Virus record (IMG/VR): IMGVR_UViG_2718218168_000001
Coordinates: 32,001-96,000 of that record
DNA: 64,000 nucleotides
Direction: 5' to 3' (one strand)
Source: a virus
Lineage: Duplodnaviria; Heunggongvirae; Uroviricota; Caudoviricetes
Part shown: positions 1-10,214 of the stretch, piece by piece
Layout: each line of letters begins with the position of its first letter
How positions within the stretch are numbered: the first letter of the stretch is position 1
Translations under genes and position numbers: made by a program
Notes under the pieces: generated by a model
What the model saw: only the letters and a program-made list of their open reading frames with translations
What the model was told of the DNA's origin: nothing
Database searches by the model: none

Positions 1-161
1 AGAATGCGGTGAACTGCGTGTTTGTCCTTTCTCCGGTAAAGTTGTTTGGTGATCATGAAGTAGTTGGCAATAACGCCCGGTATATCCCTGGTACTGATAC
101 AGGCAGTGTGCTGTTCAATTGCCTCGATCATCTCTTCACGGGTGACTAATGACGTTCTCAT
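1..161 (-). CDS. Antirepressor (Ant-like), N-terminal part only; gene runs off the window start
   Basis: ATG at 161 overlaps the icd-like stop (ATGA). 53 open codons (MRTSLVTREEMIEAIEQHTAC...) resemble the N-terminus of the ant ORF at 48010-49044. Too short in-window for the ORF track. Confidence 0.55.
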   Translation of the reverse strand, partial: MRTSLVTREEMIEAIEQHTACISTRDIPGVIANYFMITKQLYRRKDKHAVHRI

Positions 162-379
162 AGTCCCTCCTGAGCAGAAGCGTTAACAGGGAGGCACCAG
201 TAACTGAGAGAATTGCGCGAATCGGTAGAAAAGCGGGCAGAGAAAATACAGGGAGCATCCGGAAGCTGAGAACGTGCCTCATCTTCTGTCGGTGCAATAA
301 CGAAGTGATAGTGACGTTTTTGGCAGGAGTAAAAGCGCCAGATAAATTCAGAATGAGCAGGGGTAGGGATAGTAGCCAC
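158..379 (-). CDS. icd: Icd-like cell-division interference protein, immunity-region copy 1
   Basis: 73 aa with EFIWRFYSC...TEDEARSQLPD...FSARFST; close paralog of the ORF at 49019-49261; same coupling to a downstream ant-like gene. Confidence 0.65.
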   Translation of the reverse strand: MATIPTPAHSEFIWRFYSCQKRHYHFVIAPTEDEARSQLPDAPCIFSARFSTDSRNSLSYWCLPVNASAQEGL

Positions 380-419
380 AATGGCAGCCTCCTTTTGCTA
401 ATTTAAGGAGCTACCGCGT

Positions 420-530
420 GAGGTCTCAATCTCAATGGCGGTAGCACTGACTGGGTTGAGACTACCGGCGCAAAAGGGAACCGGCCTGCCTTTCGGCAGC
501 CCAGCCAGCACTACCATTGATCTCTGAGCT
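420..530 (-). ncRNA. Putative c4-like antisense RNA region (copy 1)
   Basis: Leader upstream of icd with hairpins (ggtag...ctacc; ctgcc-tttc-ggcag) and motif TTGAGAC (456-462) complementary to direct repeats GTCTCAATC at 423-431 and 612-620. Ends not determined. Confidence 0.3.
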
Positions 531-719
531 AAACGCTACGTATGGCTGTGCGATGGCATGACACAAAAAAAGACGCTTTTGGCGTCTGTGTCGCCTTTTG
601 CATTATCCGGGGTCTCAATCCCGGCACCCGTTTTAATGAGGTGCCTGATAAGCATAAACCGAAAATGCCACAAGGCGCAAGAGGTCAGGTTCAATGTAAC
701 ATCGGTAGCTAAAAAACAC

Positions 720-736
720 AATTTATTAGAGCAAAT
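720..736 (-). promoter_or_regulatory. C1-repressor-type operator
   Basis: aatttattagagcaaat; reverse complement matches ATTGCTCTAATAAATTT at about 15 of 17; upstream of the c4/icd/ant-like module. Confidence 0.6.
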
Positions 737-738
737 AT

Positions 739-2223
739 TCATTCATTAAGCCATGCCAGAGCTTCATCAACCTGCGCTTCGTCTTCGACGCTAAGCACTT
801 CATCCTGGGGAACATAATCCGCCAGCATAGCGAAACAATATGTATCCCAATGGTCTGGTGAGTGCAGGTTGAGTTTTTTCTTCATATCCTCCTTACTCAT
901 CACCTTCCATTGACCTGCGGAGTTAATCCCTACAGGGATTTTCGACGCTTCCTCAATAGTTTCATTACCCTTATCCAGTCTCATACGACCAGATTTTACG
1001 GCCTCTGCGGCTTGAACATTGGCATAAGCACGTTTATCAAAGTACAGGCTCTTATCTTCACGGCTATGCATCTTTTTACCCCAGCGTATACGCTGTACGG
1101 TAATACCATAATACTCGTACATCAGATCCGCCGTTGCTTTACCCAGGCCATCGCCGTCTATCGCTATGGTGATATTGGGGAATCGCTCAGGATTACATTC
1201 TGCGAAAATTTTGGCGGCAAGCTGCGTTTCTGTAACGTCTGTGTATTCCAGCATTCGATAGTTGATTACACGGCGTTTATTTCGCTGGCCGGACACCATC
1301 ATGATATTGATAACGGACTTATCCCGTCCCGTACCACCAGCAACGTCCACACATGCAAGCCAGCCCCATCCTTTGGCAATCTTGACTTTCCGCCGCGTTG
1401 CACGTTCAACCTCATCACGTCCAAGAAGGAAGCCATCCTGTGATTTAGGGAATAGGCCGCGTACCTTAATCATGTACATAGGGTTATCACGCCCGCCGTA
1501 CTCCGCCAGCTTCATTTTGATAAATGCTGGCGTTACCAACGGTGATTCCTCACTGTTAAGCGTGATCGCCGTATAAACGCCATCAGGGTTACCAGGACGC
1601 TTGGCCAGTTTATGGTGTGTATCGTAGAAATAGCCGCTTGGGCGTGTAGGCTGTGACAGCAATAAGATGCGGTTATCCTGTCCGGTAAGAGCACCGGTGA
1701 TGATACCGAAAGCTCTATCACTGACACCGGAGGCTTCATCGATAATATACAGAAGATGATCTGCGTGTTCACCGGCGAGAGCTTCTTCACTTCCCAGACG
1801 AAAGCCCTTCGGTACTACAGTCCATACACCTTTACCAGTAATCTCATAGAAAGCGGTTTCTGTCAGAACAAAATAATCAGCAAGCCATGGGAAACGGCTG
1901 GTGGCAGTAGCCCAGTTTATCTTGATGTACTTGAATATACCGGTCATTACCTGCTGAATTTTGTTCGCAACGATAATGGCACGGGCACCTGGATACATGA
2001 TTATGAACAACATGATCATGATAGAAGTCATGTCTGATTTCCCGGTACCGTGACCAGACGAAACAGATGTCTTGCTACCCTGTTCCTGCACAGACTCAAT
2101 AATCAGATCCTGCTGCCAGGTAGGTGTTTTGCCGAACAAAACATCAGCGGCAGCAATCCAGTCATAACGATATAGCGCCACCAGCTCGCGCCAACGTGGA
2201 TCCGTTACGCAACTTCTGGCCAT
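739..2223 (-). CDS. pacB: Terminase large subunit (PacB-like)
   Basis: 494 aa; Walker-A-like [11 protein letters not shown]; C-terminal nuclease-like region; directly downstream of and overlapping pacA. Confidence 0.85.
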   Translation of the reverse strand: MARSCVTDPRWRELVALYRYDWIAAADVLFGKTPTWQQDLIIESVQEQGSKTSVSSGHGTGKSDMTSIMIMLFIIMYPGARAIIVANKIQQVMTGIFKYIKINWATATSRFPWLADYFVLTETAFYEITGKGVWTVVPKGFRLGSEEALAGEHADHLLYIIDEASGVSDRAFGIITGALTGQDNRILLLSQPTRPSGYFYDTHHKLAKRPGNPDGVYTAITLNSEESPLVTPAFIKMKLAEYGGRDNPMYMIKVRGLFPKSQDGFLLGRDEVERATRRKVKIAKGWGWLACVDVAGGTGRDKSVINIMMVSGQRNKRRVINYRMLEYTDVTETQLAAKIFAECNPERFPNITIAIDGDGLGKATADLMYEYYGITVQRIRWGKKMHSREDKSLYFDKRAYANVQAAEAVKSGRMRLDKGNETIEEASKIPVGINSAGQWKVMSKEDMKKKLNLHSPDHWDTYCFAMLADYVPQDEVLSVEDEAQVDEALAWLNE

Positions 2224-3416
2224 TAATCATCATCCCCGTATAGCTTGCGGGTAACTTCTTCGTCTTCCTCCTCGTCTTCGTCCAGGTCTTGTTCCAGCCA
2301 TGGGTCGTTTGATACACCTTCAGTATCAACATCTCCATAACCGCCTGTATCAACGATATCGGCGATTTCTTCCCTACGCTGCTCAATCCACAATGCGGCA
2401 TCGGCGCGGCGGTTGGCGGCCCGTTCTCGCGCAACTTTGTCCAGATCTTCAAGAGAAGGACCACCGACGGCAGTTTGCCTTTCCTCATCATCGGTATTGG
2501 TCTTAGGAGCACGCAGATCGGCTTTGATTTGCTCCAGCATCAGGGGCGGCACTTTCCCGCCATGCGCCTCGATAAATTCAGCTGCTTCCAGCACTGACCA
2601 GTTATTTTCACGCTTTCGTTCGTATGCCAGCTTAACAATGCCAGCTTGCCCCATAGACAAAGCGTGCTTTTCCGCCTCCCGGCTTTCTTTTCGATAGTTA
2701 TTCCGGATGCTGTAAATGGTGTTGATCAGACTGCTTATCTGCGCGGAACAGCTGTTTAGCATGCTCGCGATACGGTATTCAGGCGGAGTACCTTCATCAT
2801 CGGCTTTTTGCTGATCGCGCATTTCCTGCACCAGGCGAATACACGTATCCCTGGCGTTCTCCAGCATAAGGAGATGAGAAAGAGACTTTTCCAGAAGAGT
2901 GGTTTCCAGAACATCGGCCCCGGACCGACGCAACATAGCGCGCGCGGCCTTCCGCGCTTCAACGTTATCTATCAGGTAATCGCCAGCTTCGAATTCAAAG
3001 CGTTCACCATCATCATCCAGGGTGTCGCGTTCCAGGCGATCACGCAAGGTCCGGTGGGCACGGGTGATCACGTCATGATCATCAGAACGATCATTTATGC
3101 GCTTATTTTGGCGCTTCGCATTCTCGACTGCGACACTGACAATGGCATTAACCCTTTGTTTTTCTGCTATTTCAGCCGCAATGTGATCACCGGAATGTTG
3201 ATCATTAGAGTGATCAATGATCATGCTTTTTAGTGGCTTCCTGACTGGCTTATTTGGCTTGCGGCTGTCCGTAGTCCTGGTGTCTTCTTTGAAGGCACGG
3301 AGATAACGACGTGCGGTATTAGGGTTAAGATTAAACTCGGCGGCATACTGTGCGATGGTGTAACCACCATCTCGCGCCAGGCGAGCAAAATTCTTCTTGT
3401 GATCGTCCCAGGTCAC
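2223..3416 (-). CDS. pacA: Terminase small subunit / pac-recognition protein (PacA-like)
   Basis: 397 aa; N-terminal HTH-like region, acidic C-terminus; gene body carries the clustered TGATCA pac-type repeats. Confidence 0.8.
   Translation of the reverse strand: MTWDDHKKNFARLARDGGYTIAQYAAEFNLNPNTARRYLRAFKEDTRTTDSRKPNKPVRKPLKSMIIDHSNDQHSGDHIAAEIAEKQRVNAIVSVAVENAKRQNKRINDRSDDHDVITRAHRTLRDRLERDTLDDDGERFEFEAGDYLIDNVEARKAARAMLRRSGADVLETTLLEKSLSHLLMLENARDTCIRLVQEMRDQQKADDEGTPPEYRIASMLNSCSAQISSLINTIYSIRNNYRKESREAEKHALSMGQAGIVKLAYERKRENNWSVLEAAEFIEAHGGKVPPLMLEQIKADLRAPKTNTDDEERQTAVGGPSLEDLDKVARERAANRRADAALWIEQRREEIADIVDTGGYGDVDTEGVSNDPWLEQDLDEDEEEDEEVTRKLYGDDD
3064..3223. other. pac packaging site: two clusters of TGATCA-type hexamers (3 + 4 GATC sites) inside pacA
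   Basis: GATC at 3065, 3077, 3089 and TGATCA at 3184, 3199, 3211, 3218; two clusters about 100 bp apart, the P1 pac layout of Dam-methylatable hexamers. Confidence 0.7.
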
Positions 3417-3451
3417 TTATGCTTCCTTTCGTAAAAACTCTTTTTGACGCG

Positions 3452-3472
3452 AGGGTAACGAAAGTCACATGT
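3452..3472 (-). promoter_or_regulatory. Possible late-promoter-like element upstream of pacA
   Basis: Minus strand reads ACATGT-GACTTTCGT-TACCCT; shares GTGACTTTC with the element at 38895-38915 but has a poor -10. Confidence 0.3.
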
Positions 3473-3501
3473 CAAAAGGCCCGGAACGGGCAAGCAATCA
3501 A

Positions 3502-3954
3502 TCAGATACGTGCGGATGTGGCATTACCGTAATGACGGTGCTGACGGGCCACCTTATTGAAAAGTTGACGCGCCATTACCCAAGGCTGGTGCTCCCGGCG
3601 TTCCTTTTCGTCCTGCGTCATATAGAGTTCGTTCTGGAGTTTTTCATCAAACCGGCGCGGAGCGCGGCTACGGCGAAAGAATTCAGGATTCAGAGAGTGG
3701 ATCTGAAATCTACGTGGGCGTGTACTGTCATCTATCAAAACAGACGAATACTTAGACACAGCGATAGCCTTTAAGCGCAGATAAACATCGCGCTTATCGA
3801 CATCCAGATGCGGGTATTCCTTTTCAAGAATTGCTGCGAGTTCTTTCGCTGATAGAAGAGATTTAGTGCGGATCATGTAATCCGCAATCTCGTACGATGT
3901 TATTCGTGAGTGATTTATTTCCATGAAGTGGCGTCCCTGCCAGTTAAGTAACAT
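3502..3954 (-). CDS. lpa: Late promoter activator-like protein (Lpa position)
   Basis: 150 aa; sits between a C1-type operator and pacA, the place P1 gene 10 (lpa) occupies; assignment by position and size only. Confidence 0.5.
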   Translation of the reverse strand: MLLNWQGRHFMEINHSRITSYEIADYMIRTKSLLSAKELAAILEKEYPHLDVDKRDVYLRLKAIAVSKYSSVLIDDSTRPRRFQIHSLNPEFFRRSRAPRRFDEKLQNELYMTQDEKERREHQPWVMARQLFNKVARQHRHYGNATSARI

Positions 3955-4026
3955 CCTGTCACCTACTGATTAGCCCATGTCAACTAATCAACGTGGAATA
4001 TAATACCCTCGATTAAAGAAATAGCA

Positions 4027-4043
4027 ATATATTAGAGCAATTT
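4027..4043 (-). promoter_or_regulatory. C1-repressor-type operator upstream of the lpa-like gene
   Basis: atatattagagcaattt; reverse complement AAATTGCTCTAATATAT; overlaps a second partial half-site (atagcaat). Confidence 0.6.
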
Positions 4044-5086
4044 TATCTAACACTCGACGAATGACTTGTGATAACGCCCACTCCAAGCGCGTAATCAAAG
4101 AACAATCGTTGATGCATCGCCAACCTACCGTGCGTCTTCTCCCAATTATCGCGGTCACGCTCAATATCACGCTGGCATGACTGGCACAGAGGAATTGCGT
4201 AAATGTCATGCGCGCATAATCGACTATGACGAACGATATAAGGCGTAATGTGAGCGCCAGCTCCCGCAGCTCCACACCCACAGCATGGACGGGAAGCAAC
4301 AAAGTCCATGTACTCAGGTAATTTTAGCGATTGCAGTTTTGGTATTTTGAAATGCGCCATGCCAGGGTCGGAGTCAACATCCACAGGGCATACTTTTGCA
4401 CGCATCGGCGCGGCGCGTTCTTCCATCATCTGAACATATGCTGTAGCGCGATCGTCATACGGGCGAATATCCGCCTCTTTCAGAGGTCCGCTATCCTGCG
4501 GAGTAGCCTTCATCTTATTTATTGATATGCGGCAGACTTCTTCCGGCATCAGGTGCATCATGTTGCGCATGAAAGCCCACCAGCACAGCTCCTGAATACT
4601 TAAATCATGGCTATTTGAAAGGCCCATTTCCTGACGGGCGACATCCAGTATCCAGTTAACGCGATTATTGTGCAGCGTTTCTTTCAGCTCATTAAAACCA
4701 CGCATCCGATAATGGTTATCGTGATGCCAGCACAACAACACCGCGCTATTGTCTCGTTCAGCGTGGACAATATGATTGTCACACCAACTACGATCTGCGG
4801 CCTGGCATTGACCCTCTTTCCTACGCAACCACGCCACCAGCGCGTCAATTCCACCAATACGGCGAAACAGTTCATCGCTGTTAAAAAACGGCTGCAACGC
4901 CTCATTTGTTGCCATGGTTTGCTCGGTAACAACGAGGCCGTCTTCCATGTGCTCGATTAACTCACGCGGCACCGGCTCCATAATAAATTTACGGCCAGCC
5001 TCCACCAGCTTTCTGACCTCCTGATCCACTTTGAACGTGGCGAGGCCAAGCTCTTTCTGTACAAAGGGAGTAATTACGGCTTTCAC
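4043..5086 (-). CDS. Cysteine-rich protein of unknown function (PdcB position; zinc-binding or HNH-like C-terminus)
   Basis: 347 aa; C-terminal [12 protein letters not shown]...C..C...CQSCQ cluster; follows phd-doc-pdcA-like genes. Confidence 0.45.
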   Translation of the reverse strand: MKAVITPFVQKELGLATFKVDQEVRKLVEAGRKFIMEPVPRELIEHMEDGLVVTEQTMATNEALQPFFNSDELFRRIGGIDALVAWLRRKEGQCQAADRSWCDNHIVHAERDNSAVLLCWHHDNHYRMRGFNELKETLHNNRVNWILDVARQEMGLSNSHDLSIQELCWWAFMRNMMHLMPEEVCRISINKMKATPQDSGPLKEADIRPYDDRATAYVQMMEERAAPMRAKVCPVDVDSDPGMAHFKIPKLQSLKLPEYMDFVASRPCCGCGAAGAGAHITPYIVRHSRLCAHDIYAIPLCQSCQRDIERDRDNWEKTHGRLAMHQRLFFDYALGVGVITSHSSSVR

Positions 5087-5113
5087 ATCACACCTTTAAT
5101 CACTGATTGGGCT

Positions 5114-5293
5114 TTATCTGCTGCCCGGCATTCTCTGTTTAAGCACAACCATTTCCTGACGGCATAACACAGCAATAGCGGTCCTGACTCCAATTTGCTT
5201 ACCAACCAGGTATTGCTTTACCTTGCGGCGACTCACGCCATCAAGAAGCATCTTTAACGCTTCACGGGACAATTTGTTGTATTTGCGTGCCAT
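5114..5293 (-). CDS. Small basic protein (PdcA position)
   Basis: 59 aa from an ATG 4 nt after the doc stop (MARKYNKLSREALKMLLDG...); basic, possibly DNA-binding. Confidence 0.4.
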   Translation of the reverse strand: MARKYNKLSREALKMLLDGVSRRKVKQYLVGKQIGVRTAIAVLCRQEMVVLKQRMPGSR

Positions 5294-5297
5294 TAAT

Positions 5298-5678
5298 CTA
5301 CTCCGCAGAACCATACAATCTACGTAACGTGGCGGCGACAGAAGATACAGATATCTCGCCAGTCGCAGCCCCTACGGTAAGGTCTGCCAGTTCAGGTGAA
5401 TCAAATACCTGCACCCCGTTACGGCGTAGAAATAACAGCGCACTGTTTAGCGCGGTACGCTTATTGGCATCATTGAATATATGCCCTCTCGCCGTAGCCA
5501 CCAGGTAGGTGGCGGAGACTTCGAAAAGGTCGGTGATCTCTTCGTAGGCAACTCTGGCCTGAACTCTCCCGATAATGGCCTCTGCCCTACCCGGATCTGA
5601 CATTCCCGGCAGGCCGCCGTAGCGGTTTATATTCGCATCATGAAGCGCAATAAGTTCTTCCGGTGATATATGCCTCAT
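5298..5678 (-). CDS. doc: Doc toxin (Fic/Doc family, death on curing)
   Basis: 126 aa; [17 protein letters not shown]...[11 protein letters not shown]; matches my recollection of P1 Doc almost residue for residue. Confidence 0.92.
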   Translation of the reverse strand: MRHISPEELIALHDANINRYGGLPGMSDPGRAEAIIGRVQARVAYEEITDLFEVSATYLVATARGHIFNDANKRTALNSALLFLRRNGVQVFDSPELADLTVGAATGEISVSSVAATLRRLYGSAE

Positions 5679-5899
5679 TATCGGTTAACCAGTTCCTTGT
5701 TGGTGGAGTCCAGGGTGTCAAACAGGGATGCAAATTCAGCATCCAGCGCCGCTTTTTTGTAGGTTTCAAAAGTAGCCTTGCTGACAATTACTGCTGGCTC
5801 ACGGCCTCTGCGGGTGATTTCAACCTCTTCCCCTGCTTCAACATTATTGAGCACTTCGCTAAGGTTGCCGCGCGCGGTACGGAAGTTAATGGATTGCAT
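5678..5899 (-). CDS. phd: Phd antitoxin
   Basis: 73 aa from [16 protein letters not shown]...; matches P1 Phd; stop overlaps the doc start. Confidence 0.9.
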   Translation of the reverse strand: MQSINFRTARGNLSEVLNNVEAGEEVEITRRGREPAVIVSKATFETYKKAALDAEFASLFDTLDSTNKELVNR

Positions 5900-5904
5900 A
5901 AACA

Positions 5905-5932
5905 CCTCGTGTACTCGTTATGTGTACACAAT
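5905..5932 (-). promoter_or_regulatory. phd-doc promoter/operator region with GTGTAC palindromes
   Basis: Perfect palindrome TGTGTACACA at 5921-5930 and a second GTGTAC at 5908-5913, just upstream of phd. Confidence 0.4.
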
Positions 5933-6043
5933 TATAAACTTCACAAGCATAAAGCACCAGCACTTTGCAGCTTAAATCACCGGACAATCGTCAAACTCCC
6001 CACTTCGGGCATCATTGATGAAATGATGTGGTCACACCAAACT

Positions 6044-6508
6044 TTAATCTTCAAGGTCTGCTTCTGATACCACTGTATAACCCAGAAATATTTTAATCTC
6101 ATCCCACAATCCCATGATCTTGCCTTCATACTCTGATGGTTCTCTTACAATTACTGAATCTGGGGGAGAGTGAGCCTCTAATTCAGTTATGATCTCATGG
6201 CAAAGATTATGTTTGTAATATTGTTTTAGTTTCTCTCGAATAGGTTTTGGCGCACTTTCAATAGTTTCTTTTGCGGCATTTAGTGAAAGAATTATATTAC
6301 TTGCGTCATTAACATCCCAGTCTGATCCAGCTTTTCCTGTTGCTATTTTATTTGCCCTATCAGCAAAGTTTATCAATGCTTCACTATAAAATTTTTCCTT
6401 ATCGAATAATCCAAGATTTTTACTTGTGCGCAAACTAATAAAAGCAGCTATTGCTGACCCAAATGCCGCAATAGCTGATGCCCAATCGGGATTGATATGA
6501 AGAAACAT
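6044..6508 (-). CDS. Hypothetical protein with N-terminal hydrophobic helix (low-GC accessory gene)
   Basis: 154 aa; WASAIAAFGSAIAAFISL segment; AT-rich codon usage unlike neighbours. Confidence 0.5.
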   Translation of the reverse strand: MFLHINPDWASAIAAFGSAIAAFISLRTSKNLGLFDKEKFYSEALINFADRANKIATGKAGSDWDVNDASNIILSLNAAKETIESAPKPIREKLKQYYKHNLCHEIITELEAHSPPDSVIVREPSEYEGKIMGLWDEIKIFLGYTVVSEADLED

Positions 6509-6592
6509 GCTATCTCTACCTAATGCCAGATCTTTAACCTAGAAATATTGTATCAGTAGTTATGGCTTTGCCACCAGTAATGCGATTTTTTC

Positions 6593-7252
6593 CTAGTTGT
6601 CATTGCCCCCTACCAGCGGCAATAAAGCCCTGGCCATCTTATGAACCAATAGTGCATCAATAATGCCAAGCGTATGCCCCGGGTTAATGTTTAATGCCGC
6701 CTCAAGGTGACACCTTTCCAGGCCACTTTTCTCGGCTTGTTTATGATGGTCTGGCTTAATAACGTCGCCCAAAACACGGCTAATTCTTTCTCGTAATTGC
6801 TGGGTGCCAGCACACTTGATCGCTGTATCGTGGAGACGGTTAACCAGTTCGCGATAAACATGCGGCTTAATGCGGATACGTTCACCGGTGACGCCCTTTC
6901 CTGGCCCTGGCACCGAACTATCCGGAATATCCGGATAGTTGCCAGCCTCGTAAGCTACCCGCAGCCAGTGCATGAATGTTTCAGTAGACACACAACCACA
7001 GTCCACATCGATTTTTCCGCGTTGCTGTTCCAGCCACTGCTCAAAGTTCAATCTACACGTATTACTTTCATGTTGCTCTTTTTGTCTTAAGGCCAGCACC
7101 TGTTGGGCCAGTTCCAGAACGATACCGGGTGACGCTAACCTCTCAAATTCCAATAAATAGTTTGCGTCAGGATGACAAGTAGCCTCGCCTGCAAAAAATA
7201 CCAATTGCTGTAAGTATGCTGTCGTTAGAGTAGTCATTTCTTTTTGCGCCAT
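6593..7252 (-). CDS. Hypothetical protein
   Basis: 219-aa ORF, normal GC, no motif recognised. Confidence 0.5.
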   Translation of the reverse strand: MAQKEMTTLTTAYLQQLVFFAGEATCHPDANYLLEFERLASPGIVLELAQQVLALRQKEQHESNTCRLNFEQWLEQQRGKIDVDCGCVSTETFMHWLRVAYEAGNYPDIPDSSVPGPGKGVTGERIRIKPHVYRELVNRLHDTAIKCAGTQQLRERISRVLGDVIKPDHHKQAEKSGLERCHLEAALNINPGHTLGIIDALLVHKMARALLPLVGGNDN

Positions 7253-7608
7253 TTCTTTTCACATTCCTTAGTCCATTTTTCAATGTTCATTTTGGCAATA
7301 TCAGTCATTCCATCACCTAAGAAATACTTTTTCCGGTACGTCTTGCACTTAAACCACACTACAACAGCCACCAGCCAGAAAATAAAAGGCCATACAGCAA
7401 TACCAACTCCAGCCGCGATAAAGCCCAATAGCCATAAATGAAGCTCTCCAACTTCTGTTTGCGGCAATATTCTTAAAGAATTAAACAGCAGACTGAAGGA
7501 ATGGTCGTATGCATTGGCGGTATAAGACATGCAATCCATATAATTAAAGTCATAGCCTGCGGCTGCCGCCCATAATGGGCGGTCAAGAAAATGTTTTAGT
7601 GTCATCAT
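7234..7608 (-). CDS. Small membrane protein with two predicted TM helices and a lysine-rich tail (low-GC)
   Basis: 124 aa; LHLWLLGFIAAGVGIAVWPFIFWLVAVVVWF; C-terminal KKWRKKK. Confidence 0.5.
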   Translation of the reverse strand: MMTLKHFLDRPLWAAAAGYDFNYMDCMSYTANAYDHSFSLLFNSLRILPQTEVGELHLWLLGFIAAGVGIAVWPFIFWLVAVVVWFKCKTYRKKYFLGDGMTDIAKMNIEKWTKECEKKWRKKK

Positions 7609-7614
7609 ATAAAT

Positions 7615-7995
7615 TTAAGGTTCAGACCAGTTATCTTCAATAGCAATGCTTAATCTTTGTAGCCATTCTGCTAATTTCAGCATTGCTTCTCTTTCGCTTA
7701 AACCACGAGGAAAATCATCAAGCGAAATTGTTGGCTTGAAGCCCCCGTAATTATCCATTTCAACAGTCAGATTTTGCTCCAGCACGGTATTCCTTACGCG
7801 GCTATTGTGCCGAAGCAAATATACTGAACGTGATTTATTGGTTTTATGGTCAAACTGATATTCGGTAAGTATCATCTGGCTTTTGCCATGACTATTACCT
7901 CTCCACATACTTACCTCACTTAATAAAACAACTCCATACGTAGTTGATGATTTTTCCCCACGTAATATAAATATGCACTCCAGCAGAAAAACCAA
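7615..7995 (-). CDS. Hypothetical protein (low-GC), start uncertain
   Basis: 126-aa ORF; an internal Met (MWRGNSHGK...) is an alternative start; ends 7 nt before the membrane-protein gene. Confidence 0.4.
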   Translation of the reverse strand: MVFLLECIFILRGEKSSTTYGVVLLSEVSMWRGNSHGKSQMILTEYQFDHKTNKSRSVYLLRHNSRVRNTVLEQNLTVEMDNYGGFKPTISLDDFPRGLSEREAMLKLAEWLQRLSIAIEDNWSEP

Positions 7996-8086
7996 AACCT
8001 ACAATTACTGAAAAAATCAAAACATTTACTTTTGACATTATAAAATTTCTCTCGTTGCCGTAGGTGATAGCACCATAATTTCTAAT

Positions 8087-8338
8087 TTAGTGAGTTAGCA
8101 GTTCCATTTTTTCGATGATTTCCGCATGAGCATCATCGTTGTCAACACTTAACTCGTTTAATGCCTCTCGCACTACATCAACTTCTTCTGGTTGGAAGAA
8201 GTCATCTCGGTAGTCACCAAATAGAACCGAAACAAGCCTGCCACCAGCAACATCAAGATTGGCGCTAACAGGTGGCTCTTTACCATCCTCAAATTCGACT
8301 ACAAAAGTTAATTTCCCCATCGTTACCACCAGCGACAA
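8087..8338 (-). CDS. Hypothetical small acidic protein
   Basis: 83-aa ORF in the same operon direction. Confidence 0.4.
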   Translation of the reverse strand: MSLVVTMGKLTFVVEFEDGKEPPVSANLDVAGGRLVSVLFGDYRDDFFQPEEVDVVREALNELSVDNDDAHAEIIEKMELLTH

Positions 8339-8402
8339 ATTGAATACAAACCCAGTGCTGCCGCCATCACAATTCCTACCGTTGCGAATGCTTCAGGCCA
8401 GC

Positions 8403-9245
8403 TCATTGACCTGCCTCCTGGGGAGGTTCTGGTAGCAGCATCCAGAACAAGGCGTTCCCTAACCACGATAAAGTGCCGTCGCTCAACTCCACGTATTCCC
8501 CTTGCACCTGTCCTGCCATATACTCACCGTGCTTTGAATAAATTAAAATCCAATCATCTTGAGCGGGCATTCGCTCACTACAGCTTATCCAACCATCCGG
8601 AGTTACCGGATAGTTGCCATTCACAAGGTCAGCTCGAACATATAGCGTGTCATCATGGTGCTGATTGTGGCTGCACCACGTTAATTCGCTTAACTCGCCA
8701 TCTTCTGGCCATACTCCAGCTGTTTGCAGCCAGATATGGGCTGGCGCATCCTGGCAAGGTGTATTAACTGGAAACTTGTAAGTTTGGCTTACAGGTTGGC
8801 TACCCTGAAGCATGGCAGCGTGGCAGGCATACTCAACGCCCTTAACTGCATCTGCGCAGTAGTTATAGCGATTGCATTCCACTAATTTCCGTTTGAGTTT
8901 TTCAATTGCCTGCGCGACATCAGCCTGTATTACAGGAACTGGCGGAGTGGTATATAGTTTTCGGCATTTGTTTATCCAACCGGCATGGTCAGGCGTGTCT
9001 GTAAAGCGCAAATCGTTTTCGTAGCCCTCACGACTACGTTCTTTCCATTCCGTCCACGGAACACCGCTATTCCAAGTGGGGCGAGTGCAGGACTGATACA
9101 GAACAGGTTCAGCTTCCAGCGCTGCCAGAGCAATCCGTGCCAGTTCTTCCGCTTCTTCTGCTGGCAGTACAACGTTGCTACCAGGTCCGTATGTTTCGCG
9201 CCACTGCTTGATTGTCAGCAGTCGCTCTTTGGTAATAGTGGTCAT
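8403..9245 (-). CDS. DUF551-like prophage protein
   Basis: 280 aa; C-terminal DGWISCSERMP...WILIYSKHGEY resembles the DUF551 signature common in lambdoid early-region genes. Confidence 0.5.
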   Translation of the reverse strand: MTTITKERLLTIKQWRETYGPGSNVVLPAEEAEELARIALAALEAEPVLYQSCTRPTWNSGVPWTEWKERSREGYENDLRFTDTPDHAGWINKCRKLYTTPPVPVIQADVAQAIEKLKRKLVECNRYNYCADAVKGVEYACHAAMLQGSQPVSQTYKFPVNTPCQDAPAHIWLQTAGVWPEDGELSELTWCSHNQHHDDTLYVRADLVNGNYPVTPDGWISCSERMPAQDDWILIYSKHGEYMAGQVQGEYVELSDGTLSWLGNALFWMLLPEPPQEAGQ

Positions 9246-9451
9246 TTGTTAATCCTCAAAACTTTATGCCCGGGCGCAAAAGCACGCGTTTTGTCTTTGC
9301 TTATTCGCCAGCCATCCTTGCGCGCCTCTTTTGCACAACCAGACCATGACGTACCGATATACTCACCGAAGTCTGGCACTGGATATACACCTTCCGTACA
9401 CTGGCGGCAGTCACAATAGAGATGCATGGTGTAACTTGCGGCAATAGCCAT
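9242..9451 (-). CDS. Small cysteine-rich protein
   Basis: 69 aa from MAIAASYTMHLYCDCRQC...; strong SD (AAAGGAGAG) upstream; ATG 1 nt after the upstream stop. Confidence 0.5.
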   Translation of the reverse strand: MAIAASYTMHLYCDCRQCTEGVYPVPDFGEYIGTSWSGCAKEARKDGWRISKDKTRAFAPGHKVLRINK

Positions 9452-9452
9452 A

Positions 9453-10214
9453 TCACTCTCCTTTGATGCGAATGCCAGCGGCGCGTGGCACATTAACTTC
9501 CACGATGCGCACAGTTGGTTTGTACATCTCAATCGCTGTCAGCCAGTCAGCGCCGGTCATATGCTTTTCTGCATCGCCATTAGTCCATTGAACCGGCACA
9601 CCAATAGCTTTCATCGCAATTTCTATTTCCCCGGCAATGGCGCTTTTCCCGCAACCAGTAAAACCAGAGACAACGACAAGAACTTCGCCTTTGGCTGGTT
9701 TTATTTCCCGTGCTTCCAGTTCTGCAATGCGCTTCTCTGCGGCTTCCAGCTTCTCGCGCATATCGTCAACGTACTCGACCAGAGATCCGCCAGCAGGAAT
9801 TTCGCACTCCTCGACCAGTTGGAAGTAGATATCAGCTGCGGCCCGTGTGTTGCTATGCCTGGCGTCGCCTATCTCACCTTCGCGAAGAGCATCGCGTTCG
9901 GCGGTAAGATTGGCTATTTTGCTGTCTTTGCCTTCCAGCTCAACGCGCAGCCTCCCAACCGTAAGCGCAATATCCTCGTTCTCCTGGTCGCGGCGTTTGA
10001 TGTATTGCTGGTTTCTTTCCCGTTCATCCAACAATGCCAGCGCGATATCTGGCGAAAAGTGCTTCATAAAATCGTTAAGCGCATTAATTCGCTGATCGAA
10101 AGGCATTACAGGTGCTTCACCGGCAATTTTTGTTTTTTCAGCGATTTCACGAAGCTTTTGATAATCAATCTGGCTCACTGGTTGCCTCCTTTGCGGAGTT
10201 GCGCTTCGATGCAT
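9453..10214 (-). CDS. Ead/Ea22-like protein with coiled-coil and C-terminal P-loop-like motif; start uncertain
   Basis: 253 aa; central coiled coil; C-terminal VVVSGFTGCGKSAIAGE; the 40-nt overlap with the upstream ORF suggests a later start. Confidence 0.45.
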   Translation of the reverse strand: MHRSATPQRRQPVSQIDYQKLREIAEKTKIAGEAPVMPFDQRINALNDFMKHFSPDIALALLDERERNQQYIKRRDQENEDIALTVGRLRVELEGKDSKIANLTAERDALREGEIGDARHSNTRAAADIYFQLVEECEIPAGGSLVEYVDDMREKLEAAEKRIAELEAREIKPAKGEVLVVVSGFTGCGKSAIAGEIEIAMKAIGVPVQWTNGDAEKHMTGADWLTAIEMYKPTVRIVEVNVPRAAGIRIKGE

